From positions 2,542,001-2,606,000 of the forward strand of contig OX337239.1 of assembly GCA_946965045.2 (NCBI GenBank): a stretch of DNA of 64,000 bases. The letters run 5' to 3'. Numbering within the stretch: the stretch's first letter is position 1; each line of letters starts with the position of its first letter. This DNA is from Epithemia pelagica. Lineage: Eukaryota > Protista > Bacillariophyta. The notes beneath the pieces were generated by a model that was not told where the DNA came from, did no database searches, and saw only the letters and a program-made list of their open reading frames with translations. The position numbers were made by a program, and so were the translations under genes. Positions 47,914 through 58,365 of the stretch are shown here, piece after piece.

Positions 47914-50900
47914 CGCCAGGCATCAGTGGTTACTTGTGGGGCCAGGCGTGAGGTGACCACTGACAAGACGGTGGATTGTAGCATAGGAAACATGGGAATC
48001 AGCACTGGGAATGGGAATGATGTTGCATGCAACGAAATGGATACGATGGCAGACACCTCCTGCGCTGGTGTCAATTGGACACTCATGGAAACAACAGGAA
48101 TGGAATGCAAGGTTAGTGACTTTATGGGACAACAGGTAGGAGGTCAATACGTACCGATAGCGACATGTGCCACATGCATCCGAGAGAAAAGTACAGGAGT
48201 AGAATACATCTTAATTGGCCACCAAATGTTGTGGTTTGGTAGCGCACTAAAGAAGACTCTCTTGAATCAAAATCAAATTCGGTATTGTGGGCATGTGGTT
48301 CGCGATGACCCCACAAGGAAGGAGGACGAAGGATTTGGCATCACGGCCGACGGGTTATATATTCCCTTCGAGATACAGGGGACGACTATTTACTTTGAGT
48401 CCCGCGCGCCTACCAAGCATGAAATTGAGACTTTACCTGCGGTGACTTTGACGCGTCAAGAGTTATGGGACCCAAAAAGTGTGGATTTGAGCTTACACAA
48501 TCGTAGCCCGCTAGATGATGCACGTGAAGAGATCTCACTCGAAATTGGCGCGGTCTCTAGCGCATGCGATCCTGTGGCCGTGGGGCAGCGACTCGACAGT
48601 CTCAGATCGGTCGGCGGTCTCGGCTCGGACCGTCACTCGACCGTTTCACCGGAAAATCTCAGCAAGAAATGGAAGATTGGGTTGGAAACCGCGCGGAAAA
48701 CCCTCCGCGTCACCACCCAACAGGGTATCCGGACAGCTGTCACGCCTATAACGCGACGATATCGTGTTGACAACTTGGCATTGCATCGGAATAGATTGAA
48801 TAGTCGGTTCTATACGGATACGCTTTTCGCTCGGACGACATCACTTTCGGGACACAAATGTGCGCAAGTATTCACGGACGGACAGTACACGGCCGTTTAC
48901 CCACTCGCTTCCAAGGCACATGTCGGCCAAGCATTGGCCCGTTTTATTGATGAAGTTGGGGTTCCGGATGGTCTGACGGCGGATTTGGCCGGCGAGCAAA
49001 CGGGGGCCGCCACGCAGTTCACGAAATTAAGCCGCTTCCATCGAATTGACCTCAAATGGGCCGAAAAGGGCACGAGTAAGCAGAACCATCGTGCCGAGCG
49101 AGAGATCGGGCTTCTCAAACAACGATGGCATCGCCGCATGGTTGATTGTCGGGTTCCTCGTCGTCTGTGGGATTATGGGTTGGTTCATGAGTCGGGTGTA
49201 CTTAGTCGCGTCGCCCGGGGACATGACAGCCGCAGCGGCATAGAACGACTTACAGGCGAGACACCCGACATCTCGGAGTGGATCGATTTCCAGTTTTTCG
49301 ATATTGTCTGGTATCATGACAACACCAAAGCCGATACGTCGGATGAACATCGTCATCTTGGGTTCTGGCTGGGGATAGCGCATCGAATTGGCAGCGACCT
49401 TTGTTATTGGATTCTCACTAAAGCAGGAAAAGTGTTGGCAAGGACAACCGTGCAACATGTGACGGAGCAGGAACAGGCGGAACCAGCCATCACGGCAAAG
49501 ATTCAAGAGTTCCGGTTGATTGTTGAGCAGCGCCTCGACGATACGAATTTTGTGGATTGGGAGAGCAAGGGACCAGGATTTTTGGAGGACGTAGAGGAAC
49601 CGGTCGAGGACGACACTCAAGTAAAAGGTGTAATTCCGACGGATGAAGAATACGGGAAGATGATCCAGGAACCGAAGCCAGAAGCGGACGACCTTGGCGA
49701 GGAGTATGACAACTACTTGGGGGCGCAAATCCAGTTAGACGTTGGCGGTGAAACGTTGCTCGGGACGGTAGTGAAGAGGAAGAAAGGGTTAGATGGCAAA
49801 CCAATCGGAACGAGGCACAAGAATCCACTCTTTGACAGTAGAGCTTACGATGTGAGTTTCCCTGGAGGTGTCATCCAGGAATACACCGCCAATGTCATTG
49901 CGGAGTCGCTGTATTCGCAGCTGGATGATCAAGGTCGACAGTTCGCAATCATGAGCGAGATCATTGGGCACAGGAAAAACGGGGACGCCGTTGGGAAGGA
50001 CGACGGTTTCATAGTGTCCAAGAATGGGAACAAGGTACCAAGAAGAACGACGAAAGGGTGGGAAATTGCGATTTGTTGTTGCGTGCGTACGACAGACGGA
50101 CCGTGCACGACAGGCGCGCCAGTCCGGTGTCACGCTTCTCCTCTCTTCCTTTGAGCCAAGTCTCATTCTTTCTCCTTGTGCCGTCGCGAGAGACCGTTCA
50201 GTTAGAATAGATTAACCATGGCCACTTCCACCGGCCGACAGCCGCCAGCCGCGGCCCTCACCTATCTCACTCGCTACACTCGACAGACGGATGCCTTCAA
50301 AGGGCGATACGGCGACTTTTACAAAAGCTACCATCCCGTGGATGGTTTGGAAGCCGCCAACCTCTTTGAAACGGTCGTCACCTCAGCGCAAAACATTCCC
50401 AAGGTGTTCCTGTCCTTGGTCCAAATCGACAAGGACTACCGTGTCCTCCCCGTGCATCGCCCATCTCGCTATGAAGCAGATCTCGCACACCCTTCGCCGC
50501 ATTGGGACGATCAAGTCTTCGCCTTCGTTGGCGACATTCGGAGTGGCAGCCACTTCCTAAAAACGGTCACCTTCCCCACCATGGCATTCACCCGTACCGA
50601 CTCGCAACGAGTGCACCCACTCCCCAATATGGACTCCCTCTGGGCTGCCAACGCGGACACAACCGAACCGGACACACTTCTCGGACCTGCCACTGGAAAG
50701 GACGCAGAGGCCGTCGTCACCCGCCATCTCATACCTGTTCCCAGTGCTTATGTCCCGTTAGTCTTCAACAAGACCTTCTCACCAGCGGACGCTTGGACGC
50801 TCCTCAGCACTGCCATCCACAATGATGGCCGCAGCGACTCTTGCTCCCTCCTACTCGACTGGCTTCGCGTCTCCTGCACATCGCGTCGCGCTTCCACCGG

Positions 50901-53900
50901 CAGCCACGGCAAAGAGCCTGCCACATGTTTAGGCTCCATCACCACCGCCTTCCCCCCTGTCATCGATGACTCCCAGCTCGACCGCCACCGCTGGAACATC
51001 ATCACTCGGGATTTACCAGCGCTGGCTCGTGCCTCGGTCCCTACGGCACCACTTGCCACGCCCACTGCTACCGCCGATGGCGACAAGCGCCTTCTCGAAG
51101 TTTTGTCGGCTATGCAAGCTGACCGTGCTGCCGAACGCGCAAATGATGACGCACGACGCTTAGCGGAAAAACAAGACAAGCTCCCTTCCGCCACCAAGTA
51201 CCGCACCGTCGCCCGCGAATGGATGGCCTTTTGTTCAGTAAACGACGAAACTGACTTGCCCTTGCTATACCACCAACTGGTCAATGGGGACAAAGGCGAA
51301 CATCTCGCACTCATCCGCAACGCTATTCAGGACCGAGCCCGCAGCTCTCTCGCGGCCACTGACCACACACCGGTGGTGTCAAAAGAAACGAAAGAAATGA
51401 TCCTCACCGGCCGTTTCGGTGTCGAACCCCATCGCACGAGCGATCTTTCGTTGGGTCTACAACCCTTTAGCATGGGACTTTTTCTCGGGGACGAACTCAG
51501 CAAGACAGTGGAACTTCGTGCTACCAGTTACGAAAGTATGCTACAGGGGTTGGCTGCTCCCACTCTGGGAGAGCAAGCCACATTCTCCACGAAGGAGATT
51601 CGCATTCCGCAGGACCCATTTACTGCCGGCATGATGCTCTCGTCCACAAGCGTGCAGCTGGACGTCCTGCAGGGCCCAGGCCACCCCTTTGCCTCCGCCT
51701 TCCGTCATTTTTGCACCACCCTTTGGCCTTCCATTGCCACAACCTTGCACTTGTCCTCCCGGTACAACCCAGCCATGGCCAAGAGCGTGATTCCCCGCAT
51801 CCTCCGGTGGATCCAAACCCATATGGTTTGCTACATCCACCAGTTGATGCTCAAACGGGGGGATCTCAACACGCCGCTACCCCCATTTGACGACCTCCAA
51901 CGGCTCATTGCTCTCCAGCAATACAATCTCCTACCCGAGCTGCCCGACGCCTACCGTATATTCCCCCAGGAACCCTCGGCTGGCACACCCTTGGCACAAC
52001 CACCCGCCTTGCCCTCTCCCTCGCCTGCTCCACCCACCAAAGCTCCTGCCAAAGCTCCCGATTCCAAAACTGGTGCACAAAAGGGCCGCGGTGGAGCACT
52101 CGTCACCAACCCCACGCTCTCGGTGGAGTGGAAGGAGCGCCTGGAAAAGTCATCCAAGCGCATCCGCGATATCAGCGCATCCGCACCAGACTCCGACGAC
52201 AAAGATGACTCCGGCAAGCCCATCCCCATTTGCCTCAGCTATCACCTTCGGGGACATTGCTATTCGAGTTGCAATCGCATCAAAACGCACCGCGCGCTGT
52301 CCCATGCCGAGTCGACAGCGCTTTCAACTCTTGTCAACGACCAGCTCTCCGAATAGGACGCAGGCCAAGATGTGCCACCTTGCAAACGTGCAAGACACCA
52401 CCACATCTCCAGGCCATCTACCACTTACCGTTCCCTTGCTGGTTCCCTTCCACCCACCCATTCGTCCACACCCCCACATCCTTCACCGCCCGGCAGGAGC
52501 CCCGCCTCCGATTCATATCACAGCGAACTTGGTAAGTTAGTAGAACAACACTCTGGTCTTCTCTCGTCCCTTCCATGGATAGATTTCGTTCACCAAGTCC
52601 GTGGCCGGTCCTGCCTCGCTCCCCTCGTTTCCCTCCTACCGCACCGTGCAGCACAATTATTGGACAACTTCCGTCGAGTCGGAGTCCCCGTCCTTTCCAC
52701 TGACCCCGAATGGTCACCTACCATCCGCTCCATGGCCACCAAACGTGGTTGCCATAAGAGCGCCCTCGAGTTCAAGGACTTTATCTACGACGACATGTCC
52801 GACATGGTCCGTCGTGGATACTGGGTCGTACTGCCCTACGATTCCGTCAAGCATTTCCCGAACCTGCGCGTTTCACCAATTGGCTGTGTCCCACAGCGCG
52901 AGCGCCGCCCCCGGATCATTGTGGATTACACATACAGCGGAGTCAATGGCACCACCGACCGCCGCGCCCATCAAGAAGCCATGCAATTTGGTGGCACCCT
53001 CAAACGACTCCTTCAAAAAATCGTCAGCGCCAAACCCCACCATGGACCAGTCTTTCTCCTCAAAATCGATTTGTCCGACGGTTTTTACCGTGTCCCCCTC
53101 AATCCACGCCATGTACCTCGCTTGGGCGTCGTCCTACCCAAACCAACTCGCGGCCCGGACCTTATCGCCTTCCCCCTCACACTACCGATGGGCTGGACGG
53201 AGAGCCCGCCCCAATTCACCGCATGCACCGAAACCATCACCGATCTCGCCAACCAGTGCATGACAGGCACCGCCTGGGACCCCCCGCCCCACCCGTTGGA
53301 GCACCTAGCCAGCACTCCTCCGCCCATCGACGCGCGCCACACATCCATTGCCTTACCACCGCCACCGAACGTCCCCAAAATTGTCCCTCGCCTCTCCAAC
53401 GCCGACGTCCTTCGCATTCTCCCCACTACCCTGCCGTCCTCCAAGTTCGTTGCCTACCAGCCCGGCCCCCTTGCCTATACCGACGTTTATCTTGACGACG
53501 AAGTCCTCGCAGCACAAGGGACGACCGCTCGCCTCAACCGCCTCCGGCGAACGCTACTACACTGCAACGATCTGGTCTTCCGGCCAAACGACCCCACTGA
53601 TGATGCCCTTGGCCGTCGTGAGCCAGTATCAACCAAAAAACTGAAAAAGGCGATGCTTGTTGGTCGACACGAAAAACAGTTCTTGGTTGGGACATTGACA
53701 CCATTCGGCAAACCATTGAACTGCCACCCCACCGCCGTACCAAACTGGTCACCATGCTCACCGATATCCTCAACGCGCCGCACATGCCTATCACGGTACG
53801 ACAGTGGCAGCAACTTCTCGGACAACTCCGCAGCATGGCCATCGGCCTGCCTGGCGGGCGTGGCCTCTTTTCCCAACTCCAGGTGGCCCTTTCCCGTGCC

Positions 53901-56900
53901 CACAACCACAGCCACATCACCTTAACACCGCCCATCGTCGACCAACTCCACGACCTACTACTGCTGGCCACCGACCTTGCCGCTCGCCCCACTCGCATAG
54001 CCGAAATCACCCCGCAACCTCCGTCCTTTGTTGGAGCAAGTGATGCAAGCCACCTCGGTTTCGGCGGCGTCTGGCTCCCCCCAGTACGGCCATCCAAAGC
54101 ACAGCCGCCACATCCCCCTATTGTTTGGCGCGTTCCCCTACCTGCCCAGCTACGGCCGCTACTCCAAACTCCTGCCAACCCCACTGGGCCGGTCACCATC
54201 AACGATCTCGAAATGGCCGCAACTATCCTTCACGCGGATACGCTTGCCACTGCCGTCGACATTCGCGAGCGCACACTAGCCACTGCCTCCGACAACACCA
54301 GTGCTGTCTCGTGGAATCATCGAGGCAGCGTGACCACCGATCGCCCTGCAGCCTATCTCCTCCGTGCCAACAGTCTTCACCAAAGGCATCATTGTTACCA
54401 GCATGTTGTTTCGTACCTGCCTGGCGACCAGAATCGCCTTGCAGATGACGCGTCGCGCTTTATGTCGTACTCTGACACTGCCCTCTTACACCATTTTGAT
54501 AATGCCTACCCACAGACGGCCTCTTGGACGCTTCTCCACCCCACATCCGCAACTCTTTCCTACGTGACCTCAGCCTTGCTCAGCAAGCGGCTCGCAATTC
54601 CGTCAGCCCAAAACGTGCCGCCTCCCAAGATCGCGTATGGACGAAAACGTGGACACCCTTCTGCACATCCGTCGGCTGTGACCCCCTCCTCCTCAACGTT
54701 CAAGACAAGATACCCATTCTCCAAGTCTTTGCAACGCGCATCCGTGACGGCCGCTGCAGTCGCAGCGGCAAACCGGTACACGCTGACACCGTTGCTGATG
54801 ACCTCTTCGCCGTCGCGAAAACGTTTATCACAATGGGGGCCGCCGACCCCCGCCTCAATTCCCACGGTATCATCGACGGCCGTCTCCAACAACAAATAAA
54901 GGGCATGCGCAGCATTGACCCCGCCCCCAGCCGTCTCCAGCCCATCCCATTCCAGCTACTCCAACATGCCCAAGCCATCGCTGACCGTGCCTCTGATTCC
55001 CTGTACACCACCATGATGGACCTGATTTGGATCGGCTACTTTTTTCTACTTCGCCCAGGGGAATTCTGCCGCACCAACGATAACAAACCCCTCTGTGTCC
55101 GCCACGTCTCGTTGGCCATCAATGGAAGACCCCTCGACCTCCTACTTTCCAGTGATCGACACCTGCTCCAAGCCACCACCTCAGCTATCACGTTCGAAGA
55201 TCAAAAAAACCGCTACAAAGGCGAAATGATCGCCCACGGAACTAGTGGCCACAACATCGCATGTCCCACACGCGCCTTGGCCCGGTTGATTGTTCGCCTT
55301 CGCAACAACGGCAGCAACATCGACACACCCCTCTGCCTCCACACAAACACACCATCCACTTCATTCGACATCGCCTCGCCTATGATCACCGAATTTCTCC
55401 GGCTAGCCTTAGCATCTGCTCCCTCAACCGGACTCGAACCGCAAAAAATCCAAACCCGTAGCCTCCGCTCCGGTGGTGCGATGGCGCTCTTGTGTGGAAA
55501 AATCGACACCGACCTGATCAAATTGGTCGGGCGTTGGAGATCCGACGCAATGTTCCGGTATCTCCACGCCCAGACTCTACCCATTGTCAGCAACCTCGCC
55601 AACACAATGGTCGCTCATGGTGCCTTCACCCTCGCTCCGAACGCAACAACTCCCGCCAATGCTGACTCCATTCTGGCCTCGGTCCCCGACACCTCTACCA
55701 CTATACAAACATCCTAACACACACCCACACCTCCGATGTCTCCCGTCCCACCGCGTCATCCTTGCCCACAATATGGGCTTTCCAGGAGAGGTAGCATGGT
55801 TGGGCTCATAGATTTTTTCGCCCAGCACCTACTCCTGCCTTCATCATTTGTGCTAGGGACGGTCGAAGGCAGCACGCAACAGAAGTGGTTGTTGCCATTG
55901 TTGTTGCGTGCGTACGACAGACGGACCGTGCACGACAGGCGCGCCAGTCCGGTGTCACGCTTCTCCTCTCTTCCTTTGAGCCAAGTCTCATTCTTTCTCC
56001 TTGTGCCGTCGCGAGAGACCGTTCAGTTAGAATAGATTAACCCACCCTACCCGCCCTGGCTTTCCAGGAGAGGTAGCATGGTTGGGCTCATAGATTTTTT
56101 CGCCCAGCACCTACTCCTGCCTTCATCATTTGTGCTAGGGACGGTCGAAGGCAGCACGCAACAGAAGTGGTTGTTGCCATGAATGGAAGGATGGGAGTCA
56201 GTCATGGATACCGCTTCGGGAAGCAAAGGACGGATACCCCATAGAGTTAGCAGAATATATAGTCGCACAAGGGTTAGAGCAGGAACCGGCATTCCACTGG
56301 TGGGTGCCACGTGTCATGAATCACAAGCGAAGGATCATAAACAAGGTCGTTGGGAAAAAGAAGAAGCAGAAAAAGTATTGGAAACTGACACACAAGTATG
56401 GGGTGCGACTGCCACATTCCGTGGAAGAGGCGTTACAGTTTGACAAAGAGACGGGGACGACGTTCTGGCGGGACGCGATTGCGAAGGAACTAGGAGTCGT
56501 GAAGGTGGCCTGGGAGGCTCGCGACGATCTCGTGCTTGCGGAGGTGCGAGCAGGGCGACAGCTAATAGGGTACACGGAAATCAAGTGCCACATGGTTTTC
56601 GATGTGAAGATGGACCTGACGAGAAAAGCCAGATTGGTGGCTGGTGGGCACATGACAGATGCCCCATCAAGTCTTACTTATTCGAGCGTTGTGAGTCGCG
56701 ATTCAATTCGGATAGCGTTTCTAATCGCAGCCTTGAATGACCTAGACGTACTGGCTTGTGACATTGGAAATGCCTACCTTAATGCGCCATGTCGCGAGAA
56801 GATTTGGTTCCTAGGTGGAGCGGAAGTGGGTTCAGAGTTTCAAGGGAAGGTGTGCGTGATGACAAGAGCGCTTTACGGGCTAAAATCCTCGGGAGCCAGT

Positions 56901-58175
56901 TGGCGAGCGACGCTGGTGAGCACTCTCTATGACATGGGATATGTTGATACCAAGGCGGATCCATGTGTCCTACGACGGGAACGAAAGCGTGACAATGGGG
57001 AACCGTACTATGAGCTGATTTTAGTTTACGTTGATGACATCTTGCTTGTCAGCCACAAGCCTGAACCAGTGTTTGAGGAGATAGACCGCCATTACAAGAT
57101 AAAGAAAGGGAGTATCGGACCACCGACCACGTACCTGGGGGCGCAGGTGTACCAACACAACCTGCCCACAGGGGGAACGGCATGGGGTATGTCCAGCGAG
57201 AAGTACGTAAATAACGCGATCAAAGTGGTGGAGCAATTGTTGCTGGAAGACGGGGACGGAAAACATCTCAAAACAACTGCGCGGGTACCAATCGAAACTT
57301 CGTACAAGCCCGAGCTTGATACTTCTGAGGAGCTGGATGATAAGATGAGAGCTCGGTACCAACAGCTGATTGGTGTGTTGAGATGGGCGGTCGAGATTGG
57401 CCGCGTGGATATCTACTTGGAAGTTTCGATCATGTCACAGTATCTAGCAAATCCGCGGAAGGGACATCTTGAAGCTGTGTATTGCGTGTTTTCATTCCTC
57501 AAATCTCACCCGAAGCTCAAGATGGTATTCGACCCTGTCACAGTGAAGCTAGACGAGAGTTGTTTCGCGCAGACACCGATCGAAGAGTGGAAAGAGTTTT
57601 ACGGGGACGTAGCGGAAGAAGTACCAGCAGACATGCCGACACCACTTGGGAATCCGGTGGAAATCACGTGCTTCGTGGACGCAGATCACGCTGGGAATGT
57701 CGTCACGCGTCGATCCCACACAGGCATATTGGTGTTCTTGCAGAACGCTCCGATCCTTTGGTTCTCAAAACGCCAAAATACCGTGGAAACATCCAGTTTC
57801 GGGAGCGAATTCGTGGCGATGAGAATCGCCAAAGAGTTGATTGTTGGGATGCGGTATAAGTTGCGAATGTTCGGTGTTCCGGTTGTCGGTCCGGCCAATA
57901 TTCTCTGTGACAATCGAGGAGTTGTCAAAAATACCAGCATACCTTCATCCATCCTGAGCAAGCGACACAACGCCATCAACTATCATTCGGTCCGTGAAGC
58001 GGCAGCCGCGGGAATCGTCAGAGTCGGCAAGGAAGACACGGAGACCAACATTGCTGACTTGTTTACCAAGATGCTTCCCCAGAGTCGAAGAAATAACTTG
58101 ATCTCACAGTTCACATATTCATCGGCATTTGGGGACCGGGGACCTCCCTCACAACCGCGGGGGACAACAAAGTGA
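47914..58175 (+). CDS. Pol of element A (PR-IN-RT-RH), split by the insertion at 50074-56180; open when the insertion is removed
   Basis: EMDTMADTSCAG protease and RFYTDTLF integrase. KGWEIAI|EWKDGSQSW rejoins across the insertion. RT RKARLVAGGH/VYVDD and RH FVDADHAG/CDNRGV/NIADLFTK. Confidence 0.9.
50218..52356 (+). CDS. Gag-like ORF1 of the YR element
   Basis: 712-aa ORF starting right after repeat A1, with a C-terminal CCCH-like finger ICLSYHLRGHCYSSCNRIKTH. Confidence 0.8.
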   Translation: MATSTGRQPPAAALTYLTRYTRQTDAFKGRYGDFYKSYHPVDGLEAANLFETVVTSAQNIPKVFLSLVQIDKDYRVLPVHRPSRYEADLAHPSPHWDDQVFAFVGDIRSGSHFLKTVTFPTMAFTRTDSQRVHPLPNMDSLWAANADTTEPDTLLGPATGKDAEAVVTRHLIPVPSAYVPLVFNKTFSPADAWTLLSTAIHNDGRSDSCSLLLDWLRVSCTSRRASTGSHGKEPATCLGSITTAFPPVIDDSQLDRHRWNIITRDLPALARASVPTAPLATPTATADGDKRLLEVLSAMQADRAAERANDDARRLAEKQDKLPSATKYRTVAREWMAFCSVNDETDLPLLYHQLVNGDKGEHLALIRNAIQDRARSSLAATDHTPVVSKETKEMILTGRFGVEPHRTSDLSLGLQPFSMGLFLGDELSKTVELRATSYESMLQGLAAPTLGEQATFSTKEIRIPQDPFTAGMMLSSTSVQLDVLQGPGHPFASAFRHFCTTLWPSIATTLHLSSRYNPAMAKSVIPRILRWIQTHMVCYIHQLMLKRGDLNTPLPPFDDLQRLIALQQYNLLPELPDAYRIFPQEPSAGTPLAQPPALPSPSPAPPTKAPAKAPDSKTGAQKGRGGALVTNPTLSVEWKERLEKSSKRIRDISASAPDSDDKDDSGKPIPICLSYHLRGHCYSSCNRIKTHRALSHAESTALSTLVNDQLSE
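52372..54899 (+). CDS. RT-RNase H ORF2 of the YR element, with a 1-nt frame break at about 53644-53648
   Basis: RVSPIGCVPQRERRPRIIVDY, KIDLSDGFYR, LPMGWTESP, VYLDD; then, in the shifted frame, GDACWSTRKTVLGWDIDT, DASHLGFGG, INDLEMAA, SDNTSAV, NRLADDASR. Confidence 0.88.
54524..55717 (+). CDS. Tyrosine recombinase ORF3 of the YR element (overlaps RNase H by about 375 nt)
   Basis: FFLLRPGEF (Arg), FEDQKN (Lys), RSLRSGGA (xxR) and GRWRSDAMFRYLH (W, catalytic Tyr). Confidence 0.92.
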   Translation: MDASPPHIRNSFLRDLSLAQQAARNSVSPKRAASQDRVWTKTWTPFCTSVGCDPLLLNVQDKIPILQVFATRIRDGRCSRSGKPVHADTVADDLFAVAKTFITMGAADPRLNSHGIIDGRLQQQIKGMRSIDPAPSRLQPIPFQLLQHAQAIADRASDSLYTTMMDLIWIGYFFLLRPGEFCRTNDNKPLCVRHVSLAINGRPLDLLLSSDRHLLQATTSAITFEDQKNRYKGEMIAHGTSGHNIACPTRALARLIVRLRNNGSNIDTPLCLHTNTPSTSFDIASPMITEFLRLALASAPSTGLEPQKIQTRSLRSGGAMALLCGKIDTDLIKLVGRWRSDAMFRYLHAQTLPIVSNLANTMVAHGAFTLAPNATTPANADSILASVPDTSTTIQTS

Positions 58176-58206
58176 ATTCTCGGGGTGAGCTACACTTTGC
58201 GGGGAC

Positions 58207-58365
58207 TGTCTTATTCGGGTCGTGGGAACAAAACCCGGATATGGGAAATCTTTGGGGGTTTTACCGTTTACATGGTTACTATTTTGGGGATCCTTACATT
58301 AGTGGTTTAGCCTTATAATATCTTTTAATTTGCACGTTGAATAAGGTATCGACTGGAACAAGACA
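58207..58365 (+). repeat. 3' LTR of element A
   Basis: Identical to 45791-45949. Confidence 0.95.

Larger units (their letters stand above)
50074..56180 (+). mobile_element. Ngaro/PAT-like tyrosine-recombinase retrotransposon with split direct repeats A1...B1-A2-B2
   Basis: A1 50074-50217 = A2 55899-56042 (144 bp); B1 55776-55898 = B2 56058-56180 (123 bp). It encodes gag, RT-RNaseH and YR; no methyltransferase domain was seen, and there is no TSD. Confidence 0.93.
45791..58365 (+). mobile_element. Young full-length CoDi-type Ty1/copia element A, carrying a YR retrotransposon; no TSD
   Basis: Identical 159-bp LTRs, PBS at 45950-45964, purine-rich GCGGGGAC before the 3' LTR, domain order gag-PR-IN-RT-RH. 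Flanks are GGCCA and ATCCC. Confidence 0.95.
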
